Assembly: GCA_023954415.1 (NCBI GenBank)
Contig: JAMLIB010000002.1
Span: forward strand, 190,599-254,598
DNA length: 64,000 bases
Direction of reading: 5' to 3'
Source of the DNA: Trueperaceae bacterium
Lineage (GTDB): Bacteria; Deinococcota; Deinococci; Deinococcales; Trueperaceae
Shown piece after piece: positions 36,856 to 45,600 of the stretch. The translations under genes and the position numbers were made by a program. Positions within the stretch are counted from its first letter, which is position 1, and each line of letters opens with the position of its first letter. Below the pieces are notes generated by a model that saw nothing but the letters and a program-made list of their open reading frames with translations, did no database searches and had not been told where the DNA came from.

Positions 36856-37299
36856 TCAGCGGCCCGGCCGCAGTGCGAACCCCACGCCGAAGCGGTTCCA
36901 GCCGTTGATGGTGACGATGAGCAACGTCAGGTCGGCGAGCCCGCCCCCTCCGAACTGGGCGAGGGCGGCCTCGTAGGCGTCGTCGGGAGCGCCGACGTCG
37001 GGCAGTAGCGTGATGACCTCCGTCCAAGCGAGGGCCGCGCGCTCCCGCTCCGTGTAGACACCTTCCGCCTCACGCCAGGCGGCCAGGAGGTCGAGGCGCT
37101 CATCGCTCTCGCCCGCGGCTCGCGCGTCCTTCGTATGCATGGCGAGGCAGTACGCGCAGCCGTTGAGTTGTGACGCCCGGATCTTCACCAACTCGTAGAG
37201 CGAGCGCTCGATGCCCAGGCGTTTGCACGCCCTCTCCAGCGCGACCATGGCCTCGAGCACCGCCGGCGAGGCCTTGGCGTAATCGATCCTTTCGTGCAT
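36856..37299 (-). CDS. Carboxymuconolactone decarboxylase / AhpD-like family protein
   Basis: 147 aa with an AhpD-type CxxC motif in LNGCAYCLAMH. Confidence 0.85.
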   Translation of the reverse strand: MHERIDYAKASPAVLEAMVALERACKRLGIERSLYELVKIRASQLNGCAYCLAMHTKDARAAGESDERLDLLAAWREAEGVYTERERAALAWTEVITLLPDVGAPDDAYEAALAQFGGGGLADLTLLIVTINGWNRFGVGFALRPGR

Positions 37300-37342
37300 C
37301 CGGTCCTCCTATCCACCCCCCACGGGGGAGCGACGTCGGAAC

Positions 37343-38275
37343 TCAGGCGATCGACCTCAGTGCCAGCCGCGTCGCCGCCAGGTCGAACATGGAGTGCCCG
37401 ACGCTCTTGAAGAGTACCGGCCGAGGCCCGCGCCGGAAGCCTTCCAGTACTCCGACGAGTTCGCCGGCGCCCGCCCAGCTCCAGGTGCCGGCCGCGACCG
37501 CCTGGATCAGGTCGCCCGCCTCTGCCCGCGCGCCAGCAAGCGTGTCCACGATGACCTGGCAGCGTCCGACCACGGCAGGAGCCAGTTCGGCCATCGCAGG
37601 AGTGAAGGCGCCGACAGCGATCAGGGTCGCCTCGGGGCGAAGCGAGGCTGCGACGGCGTCGCCCAACACAGGGGCCACGGAGTCGGTGGTCGTTACGACC
37701 GTGTCCGCGCCCTCGACGGCCCGGATCAGGGACTCGGGTTCGACGACCTCCGCCGCGAGGCCGAAGGCGGCGGCGTGCCGGGCGAGCGCGCCGGCCCTAC
37801 CGGCGTTCCGCCCGTGCACGAGCACGCGTTCCACCGCCGACCCGGCGGCGAACGCCTCGACGTGCCCACGGGCCTGGGTGCCGGCGCCCACGACCAGCAA
37901 CGTCCGCGTGTCGGCCGCCACGCTGCGAGCGGCAAGCAGCGACAGCGCCGCGGTGCGCCGCGTCGTCACGGTGGTCCCATCCAAGACGACGAGCGGCCGG
38001 CCGTCGACTGCGTCCACGGCGACGACGACCGCCTGGACGGTCGGAAGGCCCCGGCCGGCGTTCAGTGGGTGCACGCTGCCGACCTTGACGATGGCGGCCC
38101 GAGCGTCGGCGGCGGCCATCGAGAGGAAGGTGCCACCCCCGGGCAGAGGCAGCGTGCCGCGCTCCAGCGCGCTCACCTCACCCCGCACGGCCGCGCGCAG
38201 GACGGCGGCTATCTCGGCAGCGAGCTCCGGGTACGGGAGGAGGGCGGCGGTCTCGGCGGCGTCGAACACTAGCAT
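37343..38275 (-). CDS. Ornithine cyclodeaminase / mu-crystallin family protein
   Basis: Start chosen at MLVFDAAETAALLPYPEL (38275). Rossmann segment LLVVGAGTQARGHVEAF. About 310 aa, typical of the family. Confidence 0.85.
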   Translation of the reverse strand: MLVFDAAETAALLPYPELAAEIAAVLRAAVRGEVSALERGTLPLPGGGTFLSMAAADARAAIVKVGSVHPLNAGRGLPTVQAVVVAVDAVDGRPLVVLDGTTVTTRRTAALSLLAARSVAADTRTLLVVGAGTQARGHVEAFAAGSAVERVLVHGRNAGRAGALARHAAAFGLAAEVVEPESLIRAVEGADTVVTTTDSVAPVLGDAVAASLRPEATLIAVGAFTPAMAELAPAVVGRCQVIVDTLAGARAEAGDLIQAVAAGTWSWAGAGELVGVLEGFRRGPRPVLFKSVGHSMFDLAATRLALRSIA

Positions 38276-38382
38276 GCCCAAGGTTCGCCCGTCGCCGCCC
38301 CACCCTGCAAGCCCGCGGGGCTCATGCCGGCCGAGCCCCTCCTGGAGCCATGGCCTCGCTGCTCTTGTATTCAATACCGTTA

Positions 38383-38520
38383 TTCGATATCATTCATCCT
38401 TGTGCCAACGAAGAGCTCTCGCCTCCGAGAAACCCCGGGCCGCGAGGGATCGTGGCCCGATCACGGCTCGGCCGGGCGCTCGGAGGTCAAATGATACTAT
38501 TTTATGATATCATGAATGAT
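38383..38520. promoter_or_regulatory. AT-rich palindromic boxes in the divergent intergenic region (ocd-like gene / hicB-like gene)
   Basis: GATATCATTCAT at 38386-38397. ATGATATCATGAATGAT at 38504-38520 contains the overlapping palindromes ATGATATCAT and ATCATgaATGAT. This is strongly AT-rich compared with the genome. Confidence 0.3.
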
Positions 38521-38669
38521 CTCGCGAGCGAAGGTCCCTTGTGAGCCCCGACCCGGGCGCCAAGGCGCCGGCCAAGCGTGGAAGCGTCGGCATCCCCAAG
38601 CGGCCGACCGCGCAGAGGCCAACGCAAGCCAAGCCCCCTCACCAAGCGGCGGGGGCAGGGACCGGCACC

Positions 38670-39023
38670 ATGCGCCACAAGGGCTACACGGCGAAGGTGA
38701 TCTACGACGACGCGAGCGGCCTGCTGCGCGGGGAGGTCATCGACCTCCAGGACGACATCTCCTTCTCCGCCCCTGCGGTCGCGCAGCTCAGACGCGAGTT
38801 CCACGCCGCCGTCGACGGCTATCTGCTCGACTGCGCCACCCGCGGGGTGGAGCCGGCCAAGCCGTTCTCCGGCAAGGTCCTGCTCCGCATGCCGCCCGAC
38901 CTGCATAGGAAGGCGACCATCACGGCGGCCGCGCTCGACGTGAGCCTGAACGACTTCCTCGTGGCCAGCATCGAGGTGGGGGTGGCGCGCATCGCTGCGG
39001 TGCGCCAGGACGACCAGCCCTGA
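38670..39023 (+). CDS. hicB: HicB-family antitoxin-like protein (HicB fold plus C-terminal RHH)
   Basis: Start chosen at MRHKGYTAKVIYDDASGLLRGEVIDLQDDISF....REFHAAVDGYLLDC...GVEPAKPFSGKVLLRMPPDLHRKATITAAALDVSLNDFL, a pattern typical of HicB. No hicA was recognised nearby. Confidence 0.8.
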   Translation: MRHKGYTAKVIYDDASGLLRGEVIDLQDDISFSAPAVAQLRREFHAAVDGYLLDCATRGVEPAKPFSGKVLLRMPPDLHRKATITAAALDVSLNDFLVASIEVGVARIAAVRQDDQP

Positions 39024-39116
39024 CCAAGCCCCGCCGGCGCATCACGCACCGCTAGCCCACCGCAGCGCGTCGGCGCCTCGCCTTACGTTCGCACCCGGCC
39101 TGCTCCGCGCCTGCGC

Positions 39117-39734
39117 TTACCCGTCTCCCCTGGCGAGCCGGTTCCTCACGTCGACCACGAGCGAACGGACCGCGTCGTCCACCTCGGCGAGCCAGGCTTG
39201 CCTTAGTTCGTTCGACGATGCGGCCACGCCGCCGAAGCGCAGGCGCCTGAAGTCGGTCACGCCGCCGGTACCCAGGATCACGCGCTCCCAGAGGTTGACG
39301 AGCGCGTCGCCCCCGAAGCCACGCTCCAACTCCTCGCCGCCGTTGGCGGTGTTCACCAGCAGCGCGGACCTGGCCCTGAGCAGCCCCGCCATGCCGGCCG
39401 GGCCGTGCGCGTACACGATCCCCTCGCGCATGACCCGGTCGATCCACCCCTTCAGGATGGCGGGAACGTTGAAGAACCAGACCGGATGCACGATCACGAA
39501 GGCATCGGTGGCCAGCACGTCGGCGACGTAACGGGCCACGAGCTCGTCGGCCAGCTCCGTGGTGCCGACCTCGCAGGTCGGCATGCGCGGGTCGAAGCCG
39601 TCAGCGTACAGGTCGTGCACTCGCACGTCGGCGCCGACGCTCGCGAGCGCGGCTCGAGCGGCGCGCGCCAGGGCGGCGGACAGGCTCCCCGCGGACGGGT
39701 GCGCGAGGACCAGCGTAACTACCGGGGCGCTCAT
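39117..39734 (-). CDS. Flavodoxin-like fold NAD(P)H dehydrogenase (quinone) family protein
   Basis: 205 aa: VTLVLAHPSAGSLS...VHDLYADGFDP...FVIVHPVWFFNVPAILKGWIDRV. It overlaps the fadJ stop by 4 nt. Confidence 0.8.
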   Translation of the reverse strand: MSAPVVTLVLAHPSAGSLSAALARAARAALASVGADVRVHDLYADGFDPRMPTCEVGTTELADELVARYVADVLATDAFVIVHPVWFFNVPAILKGWIDRVMREGIVYAHGPAGMAGLLRARSALLVNTANGGEELERGFGGDALVNLWERVILGTGGVTDFRRLRFGGVAASSNELRQAWLAEVDDAVRSLVVDVRNRLARGDG

Positions 39735-41908
39735 GCGCCCCCATGGAAACGTCCGCCGGACTCCGCCAGCTCGACGAGCGATCGCGGGGGCGCGAACCGC
39801 TCGCCGTGCCTCTGGGCGAGCGCGCTCAAGCGCGCCACCACGCTCGCCGCACCCTCGCGGTCGATCAGGAAGAACGGACCGCCGCGGAACGGGGGGAAGC
39901 CCAGGCCGAACACGGCCCCGACATCGCCGTCGCGCGCCGAGCGCAGTACGCCCTCCTCCAGGCAGAGCACCGCCTCGCGCACGAACGCGAGGGCCAGGCG
40001 TTGGGCAAGCTCGGCGCCCGCGCCGTCGGCCCCGCTTCGTGTCGCGCCCTCGGCTCCTCGCCTATCGCCCCCACGGAAACCGGCGATCCTGAGCGCCTCG
40101 GCGTCCAGCTCCTTGGCGCGCCGGCTGCCCTCGTAGCGGTAGAACCCTTTGCCGACCTTGCGTCCCAGGTAGCCGGCAGCGACCAGCTCGGCGCTCGCGC
40201 GGCTCCGCGCCAGTCCGCGCAACGACATGAGCGGCTCAAGGACCTTCTCGATCTTGGCCCCGACGTCGATCCCGACGTCGTCGAGGAGCGCAAGCGGCCC
40301 CAGCGGGAAGCCGTAGCCCACCATGGCCGCCTCGAGCGCGTGTGGGTCGGAGCCTTCGTCCAGCGCGCGCATGGCCTCCGCGATGTAGACGGAGAGTACG
40401 CGCGTCGTGTAGAAGCCCGGGCCGTCGTTGACGACGATCGTAGTCTTGCCCTGACGCGCGCCGACGTAGAAGGCGGTCGCCGTGGCCCAGTCGGCCGTGC
40501 GATCGGCGACGACTATCTCGAGCAGCGGCATCTTCGGCACCGGGGAGAAGTAGTGCATCCCGATGACCGCCTCGGGGTGCACCGCGCCCTCGGCGATCTC
40601 GGCGATGCGGATGGCCGAGGTGTTGGAGGCGAACACGTGCCGCTCGCCGGCGGTAGCGCGCTCGACCTCGGAGAGCACCTTCCGCTTCAGGCTCGGCTCC
40701 TCGAGCACGGCCTCGATGGTCAGCCGCGCGCCCGAGACCTTGGAGTAGTCGTCTATCGGAACGACGCGCTCGACGAGCTGGTCGCGCTCGAACGCCGTGC
40801 GGCCGTTGCCGACGCGCGCCGACAGGCCGCGATAGACGCTCGCCTTGCCCTTGAGCGCGAGCTCCGGGTCGCGGTCCTTCAGGAGTACCCGCAGGCCACC
40901 GGCGGCGGACACTTCCGCGATGCCCGAGCCCATGAGGCCCGCGCCGAGCACCGCCACCGTCTCGACAGGCAGCGCCTCGCCCCTGAAGGGGTTCTTCTTG
41001 GCCGCCGTCTGTGCGAAGAACAGGTGGATGAGGGCGCGCGCCTCCGACGTGAACAGCAGCCGCGCGAAGCCGGCGGCGCTCTCGGCGAAGCCGGCCTGCC
41101 GACCTCCCCGCGCGACGGCGGTGAGCGAGCGCAGGATCTCGTCGACAGCCGGGTAGTTGCCGTGCGTGCGCTCGAGCGCCCTCGAACGGGCCTGCCGCAG
41201 CACCAGCTCGCGTCCGGGGCGCGTCTCCAGCGCCCACCAGACGACCGAGCGCTTGACCGCGCGCGGCTTCAGCTTGCCCGAAGCGAGCCCCTGAGCCGCC
41301 GCGACCGCCGCCGCTAGCAGCCCCTCCGGGTGCACGAGCGCGTCCACCAACCCGGCCCTCAGCGCCTGGCGCGGGAACAGGTTGCGGCCGCTTAGGATCA
41401 TGTCCGCCGCTTGCGCAAGGCCGACGCGCTCCGGCAGCCTGACGCAGCCTCCCAGCCCCGGCAGCAGCCCGAGTTGCACCTCGGGCAGACCGATGCGGGT
41501 GCCTGAGCCGGTGCCGGCCAGGCGGTAGCGCATCGCCATCACCAGCTCGGTGCCGCCGCCGAGGCAGGCGCCGTCGATCGCGGCCACGAGCGGCTTGCCG
41601 CAACCTTCGATGCGGTCGAGCAGGGAGTTGCCTTGGCGGATCGCCGCCTCGACCTCGGCCGGCGAGGCGTAGTCGAGGAAGGCCGACACGTCGGCCCCGG
41701 CCAGGAACGAACCCGGCCGCGAACTGCACAGCACGGCGCCGATCACGCCCGGGTCCGCGACCAGCTCCTCGACCGCTTGCGAGAGCGCGCCCAGCAGCGC
41801 GGTATCGAGCAGGTTGACCGGGCGCGCCGGCTGGTCGACGACGAGCAGCGCGACATCGCCGCGCCGCTCGACACGCAGCCCCGAGGATGCCGCGTCCGAC
41901 GGCCTCAC
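39731..41908 (-). CDS. fadJ: Fatty-acid oxidation multifunctional protein (enoyl-CoA hydratase / 3-hydroxyacyl-CoA dehydrogenase, FadJ/FadB-like)
   Basis: 725 aa. Crotonase N-terminus (...FLAGADV..., GACLGGGTELVMA). NAD fold VAVLGAGLMGSGIAEV. 3HCDH C-terminal repeats. Confidence 0.92.
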   Translation of the reverse strand: MRPSDAASSGLRVERRGDVALLVVDQPARPVNLLDTALLGALSQAVEELVADPGVIGAVLCSSRPGSFLAGADVSAFLDYASPAEVEAAIRQGNSLLDRIEGCGKPLVAAIDGACLGGGTELVMAMRYRLAGTGSGTRIGLPEVQLGLLPGLGGCVRLPERVGLAQAADMILSGRNLFPRQALRAGLVDALVHPEGLLAAAVAAAQGLASGKLKPRAVKRSVVWWALETRPGRELVLRQARSRALERTHGNYPAVDEILRSLTAVARGGRQAGFAESAAGFARLLFTSEARALIHLFFAQTAAKKNPFRGEALPVETVAVLGAGLMGSGIAEVSAAGGLRVLLKDRDPELALKGKASVYRGLSARVGNGRTAFERDQLVERVVPIDDYSKVSGARLTIEAVLEEPSLKRKVLSEVERATAGERHVFASNTSAIRIAEIAEGAVHPEAVIGMHYFSPVPKMPLLEIVVADRTADWATATAFYVGARQGKTTIVVNDGPGFYTTRVLSVYIAEAMRALDEGSDPHALEAAMVGYGFPLGPLALLDDVGIDVGAKIEKVLEPLMSLRGLARSRASAELVAAGYLGRKVGKGFYRYEGSRRAKELDAEALRIAGFRGGDRRGAEGATRSGADGAGAELAQRLALAFVREAVLCLEEGVLRSARDGDVGAVFGLGFPPFRGGPFFLIDREGAASVVARLSALAQRHGERFAPPRSLVELAESGGRFHGGA

Positions 41909-42146
41909 GGCGCACCTCTCGGCAGACGCTCGCTCACCGGCGCGCGACCGGCGCGCGCTGCCATGCGTCTCGCGGCGGCGCAGGGCTGGTCCCCGTCGGG
42001 GAGGGGCCCGGTGTTACCCCGAGTCAGCGCGTGCCAGACGTGATCGCCGATCAGTACGGGAGGGAGGCTCGCCGGCCCGGTGTCGCCCGAGAGGCTCGCG
42101 GCGTGAGCTTTTTCCGCGCGCATACCGTCCATTACAGCAATATCGT

Positions 42147-43238
42147 ATGCCTCAAGTGAAAGCTCGCGTCGCGAAGTTATTCGAGAACCCGTTCTTGCGG
42201 CGGGTCGGCTGGCACCTCAGGCGGCTGTCGGATCAGATGGAGGCGGGCTTCTTCAGGTCCCTCCTGATCGGGCTCGTCGTCATCCTGCTGTTCATCTCGC
42301 TGATCGTATGGGCGTTCGAGACGGATCACACGCTGGCCGTCTTCGGCGCCTCGTTCTACTGGGCGGCGACCACCGTGCTCGGCCAGGGCGACGCCTCGTT
42401 CGCGTCCGGACCCGTCGGCTGGGTGATGGGGTGGCTGTTGGGGCTGTTCGGCGTCGCGATAGTCGCGACCATCACCGGCGCGCTGGTCGGGTTCATGATC
42501 GATTTCCTCCTCAAGGAAGGGCAAGGCATGGGTGCATCCGGTTACAGGGGCCACATCGTCGTCTGCGGTTGGAACGCGACGGCTCGCAACCTCATCGAGG
42601 AGCTGAAGGAGGACGAGTACGGCGGCCGCGTCGTGCTCGTCTACGACTCCGAGAAGAGCCCCGCCGGCGACGGCATCTACTTCGTGCGCGGCTCCGACAC
42701 GTCGGAGGCCGACCTGAAACGCGCCGGGATCGAGCATGCTCGCTCGGCCATCGTGTGCCCTTCCGACGGAACGGACGAGGCCGACATGCACTCGATACTC
42801 GTCGTGCTCGCCATCGAGTCGGTGGCGCCCGAGGTGCGCACCGTCGTCGAGGTCAACAACCCGAAGCACACTCAGCACTTCCGCCGCGCCCACGTCGACG
42901 AGTTCCTCGTCACGTCGGTCCTGTCCTCGCATCTGCTGGCCAGGTCGGCGATGTACCCGGGGCTCTCCGAACTCGTCACCGACATCGTCTCGGGCGGCGA
43001 GGGCTCGGAACTCTACCGGGTCGAGCTGCCGGACGACTGCGTCGACAAGCCGATAGACGAGGTCTCCGCCTGGCTGCGCAGGACCCACGCCGCCACCCTG
43101 CTCGCGGTGGCGCGCGAGGGCGTCACGCACACCAACCCGGCCGCCGACTTCAAGCTCGCTGCCGGCGACGACCTGGTGGTGCTGGCGGAGTCGCTCGGTA
43201 AGCTCACGCCGTACGAGCGCGCGGCGGCGCCGGCTTGA
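42147..43238 (+). CDS. Two-TM ion channel with RCK (TrkA-N/TrkA-C) domains; K+-channel homologue with a non-canonical filter
   Basis: ATG at 42147 (MPQVKARVAKLFENPF...). TM1, pore helix FYWAATTVLGQGD, TM2, then HIVVCGWNATARNLIEEL and a C-terminal TrkA-C-like segment. The longer ORF-track version overlaps fadJ. Confidence 0.85.
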   Translation: MPQVKARVAKLFENPFLRRVGWHLRRLSDQMEAGFFRSLLIGLVVILLFISLIVWAFETDHTLAVFGASFYWAATTVLGQGDASFASGPVGWVMGWLLGLFGVAIVATITGALVGFMIDFLLKEGQGMGASGYRGHIVVCGWNATARNLIEELKEDEYGGRVVLVYDSEKSPAGDGIYFVRGSDTSEADLKRAGIEHARSAIVCPSDGTDEADMHSILVVLAIESVAPEVRTVVEVNNPKHTQHFRRAHVDEFLVTSVLSSHLLARSAMYPGLSELVTDIVSGGEGSELYRVELPDDCVDKPIDEVSAWLRRTHAATLLAVAREGVTHTNPAADFKLAAGDDLVVLAESLGKLTPYERAAAPA

Positions 43239-43289
43239 GCCCCGCCGCCTAGCGCGGTCCCGGTCCAGCCCGGAGGCCGCCTGCCATGC

Positions 43290-44606
43290 TCACGAGCCCA
43301 CCCGCTCGAGGAGTAGCGCATGCCCCTGCCCGCCCGCGGCGCACGCCGCCACGAGCGCGAACCGCCCGCCCTCCACGTTCAGGCGGTGCGCGGCCGTGCC
43401 CACGAGGCGCGCGCCCGTTGCGCCGAACGGGTGGCCTAGGGAGACGGAGCCGCCCCACGGGTTCACCTTGTCCATGTCCACCTCGGTCGTGAAGGCGCCC
43501 GCGAGGCCCAGCCGCTCCCGGCCGAACGCGGCGCTCTCCAAGGCGCGCAGGACGGCCAACACCTGACCGGCGAAGGCCTCGTGGAGCTCGACGACGTCGA
43601 TGTCGCTCCACGCCAGCCCGTTGCGGGCGAGCAGCCGCGGGATGGCGTAGGCGGGCCCGAGCAGCAACTCGTCCTTGGGGTCCTGCGCCACGAACACGAA
43701 GTCGCGGACCCGCGCCAGGTTCGTGCGCCCCTCGGCAACCGCCCGCTCCTCGGCCATCACGAGCACGGCCGCGGCCCCGTCGGTCAGCGGGCTCGCGTTG
43801 CCCGCGGTGACGGTGCCGAACGGCTTGACGAAGGCAGGCGGCAACTTCGCCAGGCGCTCCAAGCTCGTGTCCTCCCGCACGCCGTTGTCGACCGCCACGA
43901 CCTGCCCCTTGGGAGGCACGGCCACGGGCACGATCTCCTCCGCCAGCCGCTCGCGGTGCGCCGCCGCGCCCTGGTGGGAGCGCAGGGCGTAGGCGTCCTG
44001 CTCCGCGCGGGTGACGCCGAACTTGGCGGCCAGCCGGTCGGCGCTCTCCCCCATGCTCTCGCCCGTCGAGAACTCCGCGATGGCGGGCGCCTGCGGCAGC
44101 AGGTCCTTGAGCTTCAGGCCCCTGAAGAACGCCGGCCAGTCCTTGAGGCCCTTGTAGCGGCGGCTGTCGAAGAAGCGCCGCCGCACCTCGCGCTTGAAGC
44201 CGACCGGCACGTCGCCGAGCATCTCGACCCCGCCCGCGATGACGACCTCCGCCTGGCCGGCCAGGACGGCAAGGGCGGCGTCTGCGACGGCGCGGTTGCT
44301 CGAGATGCAGGCGAGCGTCACGGTGTGCGCCGGCACGCCGTCCGGCACGCCCGCCGCGAGCGCCGCGTCGCGCGCCACGTTGCTCGTGGCGACGTTCTGC
44401 ACCACCGTGCCCATGACGACCTGGTCGACCTCGCCGCCCGGCAGGTCGGCGCGCGCGAGCAGGCCGGCGAGCGCCATGCGGGCGAGGTCGTAAGCGATCA
44501 GCTCGCGGTAGTCGCTGCCAGCGCGGCTGAAGGGCACGCGCGCGGCGGCGGCGATGACGGACGCGCGCCCCGCTGCAGCCGGGCCGTTACTGTTCGGTGA
44601 GCCCAT
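43290..44606 (-). CDS. fadA: Acetyl-CoA C-acyltransferase (thiolase, FadA/FadI-like)
   Basis: 438 aa. Active-site region VTLACISSNRA. C-terminal NPWGGSVSLGHPFGATGARL and ACAAGGQG. Confidence 0.92.
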   Translation of the reverse strand: MGSPNSNGPAAAGRASVIAAAARVPFSRAGSDYRELIAYDLARMALAGLLARADLPGGEVDQVVMGTVVQNVATSNVARDAALAAGVPDGVPAHTVTLACISSNRAVADAALAVLAGQAEVVIAGGVEMLGDVPVGFKREVRRRFFDSRRYKGLKDWPAFFRGLKLKDLLPQAPAIAEFSTGESMGESADRLAAKFGVTRAEQDAYALRSHQGAAAHRERLAEEIVPVAVPPKGQVVAVDNGVREDTSLERLAKLPPAFVKPFGTVTAGNASPLTDGAAAVLVMAEERAVAEGRTNLARVRDFVFVAQDPKDELLLGPAYAIPRLLARNGLAWSDIDVVELHEAFAGQVLAVLRALESAAFGRERLGLAGAFTTEVDMDKVNPWGGSVSLGHPFGATGARLVGTAAHRLNVEGGRFALVAACAAGGQGHALLLERVGS

Positions 44607-44634
44607 AGTGCCCGAAGTCTAACGTTGGGGGCGC

Positions 44635-45594
44635 CTACCCGCCGAACCCCTCCAACACGGCCGTGAGCGCCGCGTCCGGCTGGGGCCGCGCCCCTACGCG
44701 CTCCACGACCCAGGCCGAGACGCGGTTCGCCAGGCGCGCGGCCTCGGCGGCCGAGCCGCCCCCGCGCCAGGCGGCGAGGAACGCCCCGGCGAACGAGTCG
44801 CCCGCCCCCGTCGAGTCGACGAGCCTGGCCGGCGCGGCGGCGAAGTAGGCGCCCTCGCCCGCCCCGTGCACGTAGCAGCCGGACGCGTCCAGCTTCAGGA
44901 CGACGAGCGCGCCGCCGTACAGCTCCGCGAGCCGCGCTCCGATGGCCTCGGGCTCACGCTCGCCGGACAAGACCTGGCCCTCCTCGAGGTTCGGGAAGAC
45001 GGCATCGGCGCCGAGGTCGGTCGTGTAGCTCAGGAACCGATCGACGCCCAGCTGCGAGATCATCTGGAAAGACCCGGGATCGAACGATACGCGCGCGCCG
45101 GCCTCGCGCGCGACCGAAGCGGCTCGCCGCGCCGCGGAGCGCGGCGGGTCGCCGAAGAACGACCAGCCGTGCAGGTGCAGGTAAGCCGCCGAGCGCAGGG
45201 TCGCGAGCGGCAGCTCGGACGGCAGGAGGTAATGGTCGGCGCCCTTGCCCGAGACCATCGAGCGCTCGCCTTCCTGGTCGATCCACACGGCCACCGAGCC
45301 GGTCAGGTGTGCGTCGCTCCGCACCCAGTCGGCTGCGAGGCCCTCGGCGGCCAGCTCCTCGACGGCGAGCTGGCCGAACGAGTCGTTGCCGATCTTGCCG
45401 ATGAAGCGCGTCGCTAAGCCGCAGCGCCGCGCCCACACGGCCGTGTTGGCCGCGCTCCCGCCCGGGGCGAGCTGCACCTCGCCGAACACGTCCCCGCCCG
45501 TCTGGAGCGGCGAGTTCGTACGGATGAGCACGTCCCAGGCGTAGTCGCCGACCACGACCAGGCCGGGTGCAAGGGGTGCCATCTGGGACTCCAC
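44635..45594 (-). CDS. PfkB-family carbohydrate kinase
   Basis: 319 aa: GGSAANTAVW..., C-terminal DSTGAGDSFAGAFL (PfkB signature 2). Confidence 0.88.
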   Translation of the reverse strand: MESQMAPLAPGLVVVGDYAWDVLIRTNSPLQTGGDVFGEVQLAPGGSAANTAVWARRCGLATRFIGKIGNDSFGQLAVEELAAEGLAADWVRSDAHLTGSVAVWIDQEGERSMVSGKGADHYLLPSELPLATLRSAAYLHLHGWSFFGDPPRSAARRAASVAREAGARVSFDPGSFQMISQLGVDRFLSYTTDLGADAVFPNLEEGQVLSGEREPEAIGARLAELYGGALVVLKLDASGCYVHGAGEGAYFAAAPARLVDSTGAGDSFAGAFLAAWRGGGSAAEAARLANRVSAWVVERVGARPQPDAALTAVLEGFGG

Positions 45595-45600
45595 GCCCGC

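Noticed and set aside
38350-38544. A 64-aa ORF upstream of hicB as a candidate HicA toxin
   Set aside because: The sequence (MASLLLYSIPLFDIIHPCANEELSPP...) shows none of the HicA dsRBD-like features. It spans the AT-rich palindromic region, which looks regulatory rather than coding.
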